A stretch of 64,000 nt of DNA from Octopus vulgaris (GCA_951406725.2 OX597830.1:34844001-34908000); one strand, 5' to 3'; counted from the stretch's first letter, positions 42,472-56,304 are shown. A program made the numbers and translations. Notes: a model not told the origin generated them from the letters alone.

Positions 42472-43399
42472 CGTGTGTGTATGTAATATTCATATATAGA
42501 TGCATACATATTTTGATGTATATATGTGTGTCTATATGTGTGTATTTATGTATGCTTGCTCTCAATCATAATCGCAGCAACGTAATCTTACACATATAAT
42601 AATTTCCAGCAAGTACATGTACCTTTGCTCACTGCCTCAAAATGCCTTTCATATAAAGCACATATATATATATTTTTATCATCACCAATCATCTACGCAC
42701 GCACGCACACGCTCACACATACATACCAACACACATACATATACACAGAGACACACACGCGCGAACATATATGCTCACAGATATACATAATACACATACA
42801 TACAATTAACAAAATAAATAAATACAAAGCTAGTTTGTATAGGTATCGTGCCAAGAAATTAACGGTTAACCATACCTTAATTAAATCCAATGAATAGATA
42901 CGGAAGAAAATTGAAGTCTTTTAATTAAATGTCGCTGTTGGTTAATTTCAATACATCTCGTTTATAAAACACAATTATGATTGTTGTTGTTGTTGAAGAT
43001 GACCTTGTTTTTCGTTGTGATTGCTGTCGATGTTTTTCACATTGTTTTCGTCATATTTATTTTTCTGTCGGTATTACATTTTAACTTCTTTCTCTTTTGT
43101 ATTAACAATGTTTTCTTGCCTTAAACCACACAGACATACAGACAGACATCAGACAGACAGACATATATTCAGACAAACATGCACACACACACACAACGCA
43201 TATGCATTGGCAAATGATAGATGTGTAAGTGTCAGTAAGCGTTATTTGTACCCCATGATAAAATAGTAGTAGTAGTAATAGTAGTAGTAGTAGTTGTAGT
43301 GGTGGTGGTGCTGGTGGTGGTGCTGGTGGTGCTGGTACTGGTGGTGGTGATGGTGGCACCGGCGATGGCGGCGGCAGCAGCAGCAGTAGCAGTAGCAAC

Positions 43400-43448
<49 letters not shown>

Positions 43449-43492
43449 CTACTACTACTACTACTACTACTAATAATAATAATAATAATAAG

Positions 43493-44033
43493 GTTAAAAT
43501 GTCACTATCCTTTACGATTTTCCTGTCAACACAGTCAAAACGATCCAGGCTAATCGGCCAGTCATAGTCATAGTCATTGAAGACGGAGAAAAAAATCCTT
43601 GTAGACTAATAGATATAAGTGTTCCCACTGATAAAAGTATATCTGTAAAGGAATTTGACAAATTAAGTAAATATAAGGACCTGGAAATTGAAATGCAAAA
43701 GAGGCGGAAACTTAAAGCGCGAACTGCTCCTGTTATTGTGAGTTCCCTTGATATCATAAGAAATGGCTGTCAGAAACATCTACATAATATCCCAGGTGAA
43801 CCATGTCTAAGAGAAATCCAAAAGAATGTGCTGATAAGTACTGCCCAAATCCTTAGAAAAACCCTATCCATTTAAATGTATGCGTCGTATTACATGAAGA
43901 TATTTCGCAACTGACCAGCCACTTCCCCTCCCCAAGCTTTCAGTCATACTGTGATATCTCTTATCCTTCACTCGCTTCAGGACACTGGGTGTATCTCGGC
44001 GAGTGATTGTAACAAACATGCAGATTAAAAGTA
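43493..44033 (+). mobile_element. R4/Dong-clade 3' fragment flanked by (TAA)n
   Basis: QANRPVIVI...CRLIDISVPTDKSISVKEFDKLSKYKDLEIEMQK...IQKNVLISTAQILRKTLSI* ends at 43875. (TAA)n lies at 43471-43490 and 44034-44049. Confidence 0.85.
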
Positions 44034-44054
44034 AATAATAATAATAATAGTTAT

Positions 44055-44550
44055 GCCCCGATACAGGACCAGACACTAGCTTTCATGACGTCTGATCTTA
44101 ACCAACTGGAAGTGTTATCATGTACGTTCTATTGTCTTGGTTTTAGAAGATTGCCTACAGCAAATATTCTGCTCAATACCACAGATTTGCTTCTCAGTTG
44201 CTTGACCTTAACCAGTTGAGCATTCCCTTAGCGGCTGACGATTTTTGCATCTCTGATCACGGGTAGAAATAGTGGGGAAACATCATAACCATGTGTTAAG
44301 AAGAAATCTTTGGGTTTGGATAATTCACCTCTGGAAATATAGGCGTTTCGCGCAATATCATGAAAGGGGCTACTGAACCTGAAGAAAATTCTAACTGGCC
44401 TCCACCTTCAAGGTTATGCGCGGTTTATATGGATATGAGATCACCATGTTGTGTACATTTGGTTGTGATGCATGTAACAGGTATACACTTATCGGATGGA
44501 TAGTCATGATGGGTATACTGGGCTTCGTATATTTTACCCTAGTATCACCA
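44055..44550 (+). mobile_element. Family Y non-coding element, second copy
   Basis: Homologous to 31104-31612; begins right after (TAA)n. Confidence 0.82.
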
Positions 44551-44569
44551 TGAGGTCACGCGTGGTCGA

Positions 44570-44935
44570 CAAGATGCACTACATGTGTTGTATAGCTGAT
44601 GTTGAGTGCGCCTTTCAAGAAGTAAGGGGGAAATAAATACAACCCTCTTAAGTACAAAATAGCCTGACTATGGAAAATGGAGATGGTGAATCTTTAGGGA
44701 CAGTATCAAAAGTCATGAAGAGGAATACAAATGAAATCGGAATAGAGTTCCCAGTAGAACTGTTACAAAAGATTTACCTCCTTGGCACGCCCAGAATAAT
44801 TAGGAAGGTGTTAGATATCTGAAAAGAATGGATATCATGGAGCCGTAAGCTGCAGGCAGCAAACCCACTACGCATGCAAGACTTCAGAAGTTCCAACAAA
44901 ACCTGAGATAATAACAACAACAACAATAATAATAG
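44570..44935 (+). mobile_element. Degenerate R4/Dong-clade 3' end, a different family
   Basis: YNPLKYKIA*LWKM...LGTVSK...IGIEFPVELLQKIYLLGTPRIIRKVLDI*, then a short UTR and (AAC/AAT)n. Confidence 0.65.
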
Positions 44936-44959
44936 AAATAAACAAAGCAAAAATCCTAA

Positions 44960-45745
44960 CAATGGCTGTGAAGCTCAGACCTCAAAGTAGAGACTGAAAG
45001 AGTTTTATTGCAGCACACGATCAAAGCCTTCCCGTCAGAAATCACCAACTCCACGTAATGAAAAGAAATACAACAACCGCAGAATATGTAGAGACAGAGA
45101 AGGAATAATACATCATGTTGTCTCTGGCTACCCAGTCCTGACGAAGAAGGAATATATTCACAGACATAAGTTGGGACCTATACACTGGAAGCTATGACAA
45201 CACTATGGAATAGCAACAGAAAAAAGATGGTATAGGCACACACCAGAAAAGATCAGGGAAAAGAGAAAGCAACGATACTCTGAGATATGCGAATAGACAT
45301 AAATAAAGAAATTAAGGCCAATATATTAAGGCCGGAATTTAGTTGTCAACGTTCACCAAGAAAAATTGCTTTCTAATTGATGTATCAAAACCAACGGTTG
45401 ACAATGTTTCTCAAAAAGAAACGGAGAAAGTTTCAACATGCAAAGATCTGGAAATAGAAGTAACTCGAACGTAGAGCCTAAAAACAGAAACAATTCCTAT
45501 CAAAGTAGGATCATTAGGTATGATAAAGAAAAAATTCAGACTAATACATAACAAAACACCAGGACTTGCAAGTATATATAACATACAGAAAATAGCACCA
45601 CTAGGCACTGCACACATCCTACGCAAAACACTTCCAATACAGTAAAAATAAGAGCACCACAGCAAGCCACAGCACATACGCAAAGCACGCAAAGCTGCGC
45701 TCGGTAGTGGAGTAAAGCACGTGATAAAAATAAGACTACTGAATG
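44960..45745 (+). mobile_element. R4/Dong-clade 3' fragment with a degenerate CCHC knuckle and restriction-like endonuclease, ending in (AAT)n
   Basis: FIAAHDQSL; RICRDREGIIHHVVSGYPVLTKKEYIHRH; HWKL; FLIDVSKP..DNVSQKETEK..KDLEIEV; IQKIAPLGTAHILRKTLPIQ*. Frameshifted. Confidence 0.85.
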
Positions 45746-45750
45746 ATAAT

Positions 45751-45840
<90 letters not shown>

Positions 45841-45871
45841 TAATAATAATAATAACAACAACAACAACAAC

Positions 45872-45945
<74 letters not shown>

Positions 45946-45975
45946 CAACAACAGCAACACCAATACCAATAATAC
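45745..45975. repeat. (AAT/AAC)n microsatellite
   Basis: Visible tandem repeat. Confidence 0.95.
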
Positions 45976-46660
45976 AACTTCATTGGTCACTGCAAAAACA
46001 TTCAGATCAATAGGAAGACAGAGCACAGCGAGGATTCCCAGAGACAAGAAAGAATAAACAATAAATTTAAAATGCAATAAAAGGTAAGGAAAATTTAGCC
46101 TAAAATTTCTTCGTTAGATGTAATTAGCTCACTGGTTAAAAGAGGAAACGCCACAAATCCTGAACGGCGCCAATTACCAAGAATGCTTACGTCCATAACA
46201 GCTCGATTTGGATTACTCGTATCGTCACTTCCGCGCCGTAGGCCCGGCTCTGAACAGGACAGTTGGAATTTAAGCTCACATTCATTTGAGCATACTCAGT
46301 GTTATCTATATTCCTGGATAGCTAAAGAGAATAATTCAAGCAAGAATCGAAACGTACGTAGATTTTTACCCCTTTTCTGTTCAGAAATACATTCTTTCGA
46401 TACAGTGTTTATGTTCGTAGTTACACCCAGTGTTATCTAATAAATTAATTATAGATATCTATTCTAAATCATATTATAACAAAAATAAAACAGAACACGT
46501 GTTCATGCACGCACACCCACCCACATATATATACACACAATTTTATATATATATGCATATATACACATGTATATATATATATATACTTATGTATATATAT
46601 GTGCGTGTGTGTGTGTGTTTGTGTGTGTATATTTATGTACGCATATATATATTTATTTAT

Positions 46661-46710
<50 letters not shown>

Positions 46711-47144
46711 TAGTGAATGAGAGAAAGAGTATAAGTGCAATGAGGGTGAATAGAAAGAATGGGGTACTGATGTTCAGAGAGAAATATTATATCATGTATA
46801 CTGAAGAAGAAAGTATAATTTTGTGGAAAAAAAAACTAGAATGGTCAAAGAGATTCAAGCAATAAAATAATTTGCGAAAAATACTGCAGCGATATTGAAA
46901 ATTATAATAAAATAAATTGAGAGAAAATGGCAGGGACGAATCGTGGCAGAAAAATTGTTGCGTTTCTAGGAAAAAGACTGAAGATCAAATAAAATTCTTT
47001 TTACTCTTCAGCTAATATTTGCATTTATATACATGCGCACAGACGCACTCACACACAGCGGAACACATACATATTCATACATATATACATATATACATAC
47101 ATATAAATATGGATGATAGAAATGTGTGTTTGTATGTATGTATG

Positions 47145-47333
<189 letters not shown>

Positions 47334-48289
47334 CACATATACATTCGTAGATGCCTTCCTCCATATAGAGACAGACTATACTGAAGTAAAAACCATACAA
47401 GACACTGACAGAGACCTACAACACTGAAATGTTAAACAAAGAAAAATTAAGAGGATGCCATGAAAGTTTGATGTGTGTTCCTGTGCGTGTGTGTGTGTAC
47501 ACAGACACTCAAATATATATATATATATTTGTATGTATGTATATAGTGGGAGAAAGAGAGAGAGGTGGAGAGAGAGAGAGAAGATTGGGAGACATTTATA
47601 AACACAGAAAGAAAACAATAGAGTTATCGGGTCAAAGAGAAAGGGAATCTGAGAGTACGGAGAGGTCTGCATATGTCAGATCTACTTATTAACATTAACA
47701 GTATGGTGTTATAAGTAATTAGAGCTCATTTACGCTTCACTTAATCGTTGAATGAAAGCCTATACACAACACTCTTACATACAGTCACCTTTCTACTTTT
47801 ATTATTCAACCGTCTTCCTATTTATTATTCACTTTCACTCACCCACCTCTCTCTCTCTCTCACCTCTGTTTGTCTGTCTTTAGCTTCTTACTACAACTAC
47901 TACATATATAATAATTTCATAAACAAATTTTTGAATGTAAAGTTTCAATGGAAGGGAACGTAAATGTTGATAGTTATTTTACTAGAGATAGCACATTTCC
48001 CTCTTAGTTCACGCTTTAACGTATTTTAGTTAAGGTGAATGGTTGACATATTGTTTAGTGTAGTCCAACACATAAAATGTATGAAGAAAAGCGATAAAAT
48101 GGTCACTGGTAGAACACCTAACCTCCAGTTCTCTTTTGAGAATGTGAAGTGGATTTTACTTTGGGAAAAATTAGTTACTTTGAATGTAGTATTATGTGGC
48201 AGGTGGGTGATGCCGTTAACTAGTAAGAGAGATATCTTCATAGGCTATTCTCTCTTGTTTAAACATATCAAGACAATTCAGTATATTAT

Positions 48290-49440
48290 ACAGAGTATAT
48301 GGCCTTCCACTGCAACCTAGGATCAACTGAACAAATGTGAGTAATAAAAGGACTTACAAAATCTGCACAGGAGGCCGTCGGTACTAATCCCCTTTGTGCT
48401 TCAATGGTAACATTAATATTCATCCCGGTTGAATGGCATAATTTGGATTTTGTATGCCTTCCATGAAACAAGAGGAAATTATCAAGGATACCCATGCTAC
48501 AACTAAATCTGTCGGCCCCAACATGAACCTTGGAAAGGCCAAAGTTATGTTCAATAGGCAGATTATAGCAGCACACGTCACCTAAACATCAAGACCATAG
48601 AAGAACTAGACAAGTACATTTACCTAGGAAAGATGGTAGCGAAAGAGAAGTACAGCGCTTGGTTGGGCGGCCTTTGAGAAAGTGGAAAACCTTGTGATAC
48701 TTCCATGAATTTTTAAAACAACGATTTGTAATGAGTCTATCTGCCAGTGAGGAATTACTAGAGTGAAACACGGGGTCTTTATGAACGTCTTTATGGTGGA
48801 CGAACGGAAAATGGAAAGGATCGTGCTCGCCATCACATCGTGGACAAGAAAATAAACACCTTAATACAACAACACACGAGGGTCAACGACATCATATGTA
48901 CCATCAGGTAGAACAAATATAATGTGTTGAAAAGTCTCATAAGCACTGGAACCCTCTCACTCTGACTAATTCATAGTAGGAAGAAAAAATATTTTCATGT
49001 ATTTTCATAGCGTTTAATTGTAATATTGTGAATAACATAAATATGATCTAGATATCAAGAAGAATGTTATTATAGTATCGCAGGAAAGAAAGCAATGAGG
49101 ATTATTTAACCCTAGGCAACCGGCAGGAGACCTAGAGGGAGACTAAGAATGAGATGGTTGATAAGGCAGCGAGCTGGCAGAAACGTTAAGCACGCCGGCG
49201 AAATGTTTAGCAGTATTTCGTCTGCCGTTACATTCTGTGTTCAAATTCCGCCGAGGTCGTCTTTGCCTTTCATCCTTTCGGAGTCGATAAATTAAGTACA
49301 AATTACGCACTGGGGTCGATGTAACTGACTTAATCCCTTTGTCTGTCCTTGTTTGTCCCCTCTATGTTTCGCCCCTTGTGGGCAATAAAGAAATAAAGAA
49401 ATAAGAATGAGATGGTTGGATAGTATTCGTAATCTTAGTT
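48290..49440 (+). mobile_element. Old, fragmented RTE-clade LINE
   Basis: Scattered in-order peptides: KSVGPNMNLGKAKVMFN, TIEELDKYIYLG, GWAAFEK, ERKMERIVLAIT, IQQHTRVNDII, RRPRGRLRMRWL / DSIR. The last is split by a SINE. Confidence 0.7.
49161..49401 (+). mobile_element. SINE family B, full monomer with TSD
   Basis: 17-bp TSD TAAGAATGAGATGGTTG at 49144-49160 and 49402-49418. Confidence 0.92.
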
Positions 49441-49504
49441 GGTCATACTTAGGAATCCACTTGGAATTTGCAATGGCGGTTGCTTCTCACTGGACCATTT
49501 GGAG

Positions 49505-49936
49505 GAGCACACCGGGAAAAATGCAGCATTTTGTTCGTCTCAACGTTCTGAGTTCAAATTCCGTTGAGGTCAACTGCGCCTTTTCATTATTTCGGATAAG
49601 TCGCTGGAATAAGTAACAGCTGAGCACTGTGGCCTATGTAATCAACTCACCTACTCATCCAAAATTGCTGGTCTTGTAGAAAAATTTGAAACTGGTATTT
49701 ACAGACGTCTTGAGGCGGCGAGCTAGCGGAATTGTTATCACACTGGGCGAAATGCTTAGTGGTATTTCGTCCGTCTGTACGTTCTGAGTTCAAATTCCGC
49801 CGAGGTCGACTTTGCTTTTCCTTCTTTCGGGTCGATGAAATAAGCACCAACTGATCACATGGGTCTATGTAATCTACTATTCCCCACCACCCTCACCCGC
49901 CCCGAAGTTGCTGGCCTTGTGCAAAAATCTGAAACA
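49505..49936 (+). mobile_element. Two tandem diverged SINE family B copies
   Basis: GTTCTGAGTTCAAATTCCG at ~49544 and ~49781, with matching CCAAAATTGCTGG.CTTGT tails. Confidence 0.82.
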
Positions 49937-50671
49937 AATATATTTGAATTCAACTATATGCCTGTGTCCTAAACTTCACATGTGTGATTTGTAGCAAACA
50001 ATGAAAGCAATGAATATTTTCTCAAGGGAAGGTGATCGATTGTCAACATTATTACAACGTTCAACTACAATGCTTAGAGATGTTTATATAGGAGAATTTA
50101 CCTTTTGAGTTTAATTCCTGCGTGTTCAAGTTGTGATTCTGTTCTACTGAGTTAATAAAATATGTACCTTTCAAGACCGTAAATCGCTTTAATCAACCCA
50201 ATTACCTATAACCCGCAAATTTGATACCGTGTGTTTTTGTTACATATCACTCTTATTTTATAAGACGTATATTACTACCAACATTGAGTCCTGAGCGTCA
50301 GTTATTGCAGTGATTTTGATCCAATGAACTGCGATTGAAAATTGTACGAATTATTAAAAGGATTCTAACAATAAAATTTGGTCTGCTTACAGCTATGCAG
50401 GACTATAGTATAATTCATGTGCTATTTGAAGATGTCAGGTATTATTTAAGTCATATCTAGCAGTTAATTCGTGAGAGTCGAATGACCATCTAGAGTTTCC
50501 TTCGTAGACTTCATTGGTGATTAAAAGAAGCTTTCAGTCATGTACATTCGCTGATCAGCTTTCATTAGCAATTTTAAACGTGTTACTGTTACACACATAT
50601 TTACACGCACAAACACGCACATCCACGCACGCACACACTATATATACACACACACGCATATATAAATATAT

Positions 50672-50777
<106 letters not shown>

Positions 50778-51038
50778 TAAACATGCCGCATATACGCATG
50801 CATTCATCACACACAAATATATTATATATATGCGTATATCTATGAATGTATGTAAGTATCTATCTGTCTGTCTGTCTCTCTCTCTATATATATATATATG
50901 TTTGTATGTATGTGTATATATGTATATATATGTATATATATATATATATAGTATTATTAGTGAGTTGAAGAAATGGAGTTGAACGAAGATTGAACAGAAT
51001 TCCTTTTATTGCATTCTACACATGTTACACATGTTTCA

Positions 51039-51072
<34 letters not shown>

Positions 51073-51104
51073 TTATGTATGACAGAGAGAGAGATTGAGA
51101 GAGT

Positions 51105-51272
51105 GGCTCAGGAGCATAATTATCGAGTGGTCAGGGGTTTTGCTTCATAACCATGAAGACTGAGTTTGAATTACACTGCAGAATATCTTGGGCAAGTGTT
51201 CTGTACCCTCATTTTGACCGAGAGTTTGTGAGGAATGAAATCGGGTAGACGGAAACTGTGAAGAAGCCTGTC
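51105..51272 (+). mobile_element. Diverged SINE family A 5' half
   Basis: CTTGGGCAAGTGT...GGTAGACGGAAACTGTGAAGAAGCC. Confidence 0.65.
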
Positions 51273-51947
51273 AGCTGAATTATACTGGTTTTCTGTGGAA
51301 TACTCAGCCGCGTACACTCTTATTCAATGTGAAACCACATTGTCGAAGCTCCTGGCTCACAAGTACTTTTCGCACGACCCACCCTGATGCTAACATTCGT
51401 GACAAGCCACAACCCTGAGTATAACAACATCTTACACCCCACCATCTGTCATAAAGGCACTGAGAGGATCAATACGTGGTGGCTTTCATTCTCTAGCTAA
51501 ACATACGGAAATAAATTTTTCTTAGATCTAAAAAAAAACCCAATTATTCTCAGATAACACAAATGGATACAATTTTTCAGGAACCATACAGCACTGGATT
51601 AAATATTATATTGCTATGGAATTTGTTTATTACCGCTTCTGCCAAAATATTGTCGATTCATTTTGTTTTAAATAAAGAGAGAGAACATTGTTAATGAAAA
51701 ACTTGTTATAAAGGTCTAGTTACAGTGAATTTTCTTGATGCAAATTAGAATTTCTCCCTCGCTAGCATTCTTTCTACCAATACTAAAGGCAATAGTCGAG
51801 TACGTAGTCAGCAGGAGCCATATCCTGGTGTTGTGTGTAGGTGGAATAAGTATAAAATTATATAAAATATCAAATTTTGTCAATGGCCAATTTAAACTGA
51901 TGGCAATAATATATTAGAAAAGAAAACACAAAATCTGGTCGTTTGTT

Positions 51948-51960
51948 CAAGATGGCGGCC
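51948..51960 (+). promoter_or_regulatory. Consensus YY1-type motif CAAGATGGCGGCC
   Basis: Exact match to the long YY1 consensus, with a second ATGGCGGC at ~52034; function is not demonstrable from sequence. Confidence 0.3.
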
Positions 51961-53146
51961 GTTATAGGGGAAAAGATTGAAGAAGCATTTAAGAATAAAT
52001 ATAGCTGCTAGGCATACAAGCGTTGATCTGCGAATGGCGGCTACAGATTAGGCGAAATGAATAATGCAAAAGGAGAAGAATGCTTTCTTTTCGGTTCCTC
52101 TCTTCTCTTTTCCCTTCTGTTTAGCTGCTTCTTTTATTTATCTGTTGTATTTTTAATTTTTGTTTCTTTGTTTTGTTTTGTTCGTTTTTATTTTTGCTCT
52201 CAGTTTCCATTTAATCATCCCTTTCTACAATCAAGAAAGAAAGACACAACAATTACTATATTAGTGATGGCGGAGTGTAAGCGAATCATTAGTCGATAAG
52301 ATAATAACTCAATTGATCCGAGTATGTTTTTTAATGATACTTCAGTTTCACAACTTAAATCGACATGAAATAAATCAACAAAAACAAAAACAAAACAAAA
52401 AAAACATTTTTAGAAGAGAATAATTCTTATCGTTTCTATTTCTTATTTGTTTTCTTTCTTTAATACTCTTTACATTTTTATTTATTTATTTCAACTCGCT
52501 TTACCATTTGATACGTTACCATATAAGGAACATTTAGAATGCAAAAGGCCAAAGGCCTTTGTTGGCTTTAAATTGAAATCTTGTTTATTTCTGCCTAAAA
52601 GAGCTAACTTGATAATTTATTTTGTAAAACTTTATCAGATCTGCTTTCTATTCATTTGACTTATTGACTTATTGACTTATTCATTTAATTATATATTTAT
52701 TTATTCTTTATTTCATTCACTCATTTATTCATTTAATGGCTCTTTTCTTTTATTTACTTTCTGTTCTTTTGTTGTTTTTGCGCTGTTTCCATCTTCTTTT
52801 CATTATTTATTTTTGAAATTTCTAAATTCTTACCATTTGTGCTGTCTTACAATAAGACATCATTTAAATTGGCATCATTCAATGGCAAAATTTCTATATA
52901 TGAGGACAGACAAATTGTGTGTGATGAGTCAAACTGAATAAGAAGTGAAATTTTAAACGCAAATTTTCAAAAATCATTCAGATGTTATGCAGTAGGAGGA
53001 GAAAGTGGAATATTGCGTATCTTTTAGGGTTTTGTTGTCGTCATCATCCTCATTACATCCGTTATCATCATTATCAAAACGATCTTTATCATCATCATCA
53101 TCATCATCATCATACTATTGATATTATTGTTCTTCTTCTTCTTCTT

Positions 53147-53247
<101 letters not shown>

Positions 53248-53936
53248 CATTATTATTATTATTAGCACCTTCATCATTAACATTTTCGCTCGTCTTATTG
53301 TTTTGTTCTTGTTGTTTTCTTTGTTAATGATGACGACGACGACGACAACGATGATGATAAAGCGAGGTGGATATCTTTAGAGAAGAGCTTTTGATGCGAA
53401 TCTAGTCACAGTTAATTATGGCTTCTTGTTATTTTACTGTTCGTATTACTTGAACATTTACTTTCAAATCTACTTCAGTTCAATAACGATATGCCATCGA
53501 AAAAGAAACTCAGATTTTCTATGTGAATGTAAATACAAAACTTATATATGAATATTTCGTTTTATCTCTTACTTTTACCTATTTTAGAAAATTTGAAAAG
53601 GGTTTAGGTTAATGAGACGCGTAATGTTAAGCAGTGGAAGAAATTGTCGAAGAGAATCTATCAGAGTCGCTCCTTAGGCAAACGACAAAGCAGACTAGTT
53701 CAAATTCTTGCTCGGAATAGATAAGAATAGATAATATCAGTGGTTTTAGTGTATCATTCTTTAAAAATAAATTCACCATGTGTTTAATAGGATCGAAAGT
53801 TTAAAACGGTAAGGAACCGTAGTAACTTTATACTAGGAATAATACCCAAATAAAGTTTCTTTATTCCGTGACCCTGTCCCAGTTTTGGTGTGTACAATGA
53901 ATCTCTTACATGACACCACTAATATCTCGTAGAAAC

Positions 53937-54353
53937 GAGCTGGCAGAAACGTTAGCACGCCGGGTGAAATGCTTACTGGCATTTAGTCTGCCGCTACGTT
54001 CTGAGTTCAAATTCCACCGAGGTCGACTTTGCCTTTCATCCTTTCGGGGTCGATAAATTAAGGACCAGTTACGCACTGGGGTCGATGTAATCGACTTAAT
54101 CTGTTTGTCTGTATTTTTTCTGTCCCCTCTATGTTTAGCCCCTTGTGGGTTATAAAGAAATAAGAAACATTAGCGCACGCCGAGTGAAATGCTTACCGGG
54201 ATTTCGTCTGCCGTTACGTTCTGAGTTCAAATTCCGCCGAGGTCGACTTTGCCTTTCATCCTTTCGGGGTCGTTAAATTATGCGCCAGTTGCATTCTGGG
54301 GTCGAGCTAATCGACTCTCCAAACTTTCGGGCCTTGTGCCTATAGTAGTAAAG
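53937..54353 (+). mobile_element. Dimeric SINE family B enclosed by one TSD
   Basis: Two head-to-tail monomers; a 16-bp TSD AATATCTCGTAGAAAC lies at 53921-53936 and 54354-54369. Confidence 0.9.
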
Positions 54354-54595
54354 AATATCTCGTAGAAACAAATACAGAAGCAGGAACCATCACAGTACAC
54401 CATTTTTTTCTTTTGAAGTGTAAAACTTTTAAATCTGGAGAAAACTAATCTGAAGTTGAAGTTGTTGTTCCTGTTGTTGATTTGTCTTCATGTCAGCTCT
54501 GATAAAATTGGCCTATGTTAGCAAACGTTCCAATTGTGACCATTCCACACACACAAACATACACACATATGTCTATCTATCTATCTATCTATCTG

Positions 54596-54676
<81 letters not shown>

Positions 54677-55170
54677 ATATATATATATATATATATCTGT
54701 CTGCCTGTCTGTTTGTCTGTCTACACGTGTGTGCGTGCGCGCTTATGTGTATGCCTGTATGCACGTATTATACCAAGGGCAACGGTTACCAATGTGAATT
54801 TTATAGATACTACACTGAGATTTGTGATTTTAGGAAATTTCTTACATGCGGAGGGACCAAATAATGACAACGTCTTCTGCATATGGACGGTGAAATTGTC
54901 TGGTATGGAAGGTAGATGCAATAAACAGTGTAATATAGTAATATAGTGTTCACTATTGGACACTCTAATGAATCATTTCAAATCGCATTAAACTCAAACT
55001 TATAATATTCAAAGGCTTAATATATGTAAAATGTCAGCAAGAGAGCTTCTACATCATCTCTTAATTTGTTACAGGCAACAATCATATTGTCTTCAAATTA
55101 GACATGATACATTTAAAAATAATCTCGATACTATAGTCTTAGCTAAATAAAAGTTTAAAAATCCCTCAAT

Positions 55171-55488
55171 GATGAATGACCATGGGAGTGCACCGAGAAA
55201 GTTACCCACTGAGGCACAGGTCCGAGCAAGGGTGTTTATGGAAAACTAGCGGTCCCCCATGCATACCAGCCTCCCCTCTCCAAGCCACCAATGTTATACA
55301 AGGGAAAGGCAAAGGCCGATACAGGTTGGCACCAGTGATGTCGCAGCTCATTTCTACAGCTGAGTGAACTGGAGCAACGTGAAATAAAGTGTCTTGCTCA
55401 AGAACACAACAAACGGCCTAGTCTGAGAATGGAACTCGCTACCTCATGACTGTGAACCCGAAGCCTTAACCACTGAGCCATGCGACTT
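55171..55488 (-). mobile_element. tRNA-derived SINE related to family C, with a different 3' tail
   Basis: Minus strand GCATGGCTCAGTGGTTAAG...TGTGTTCTTGAGCAAGACACTTTATTTCACGTTGCTCCAGTTCACTCAGCTG. Confidence 0.82.
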
Positions 55489-55765
55489 CTTAGCTAAGTA
55501 CTATGTGAATGAAAGACAGCTTTGTCAATGCTCGAACTTTTTCTGTCATATCTGCTTGAGTATGGCTGACCTAAAGTTAAGCACCACGGCATACAATATA
55601 GCAAATTTTACAATGGAAGAGACTACGTTTCTACATTTGAACAAATGGTTCTGTATCCAACTGCAGTCATTGATTAAATATTCTAATTACTACCGAAAGA
55701 ACCATAAGCAAACCAAGCTACAACAACGAAATGAAGGGAGCAATTTAGCGCGAAACAATCTAAAT

Positions 55766-56008
55766 CAGTGATTATCAACAGGGATCCACATGGTCCTTAG
55801 GGATCTATATAATATTTTAAAAAAAGTTTTGTTAGAATTTATGCACAGTACTTTGGTTATGCTTTTAACAGTTTTCTATACTGTTTCTGATAATATTTAA
55901 TTATATAAATATTATAGGATTTTTTAAACATCAACTGTTTATGAGAATCCCCCTGAGTAAAGTAGGAATCAAAAGGATGCAAAGACAATGAATGGTTGAG
56001 AACCAGTG
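55766..56008. mobile_element. hAT-Charlie-like MITE
   Basis: The ends CAGTGATTATCAAC and GGTTGAGAACCAGTG resemble CAGTGGTTCTCAACC TIRs; flanks ATCTAAAT and ATTAAAC resemble a decayed TSD. Confidence 0.55.
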
Positions 56009-56113
56009 ATTAAACCATATGAAATAGAACCAGGCTAAACTAAACCACTGAGAACTAAAATAATGCAATCCAGAACAAACTAAAACGCAACAATATGAAA
56101 CCAGTACGAAAAT

Positions 56114-56187
<74 letters not shown>

Positions 56188-56251
56188 TATATATGTATGT
56201 ATGTGTGCATAGAGATATTGATAGTATGTAGTAGATGGACAGAGTTATAGA

Positions 56252-56304
<53 letters not shown>

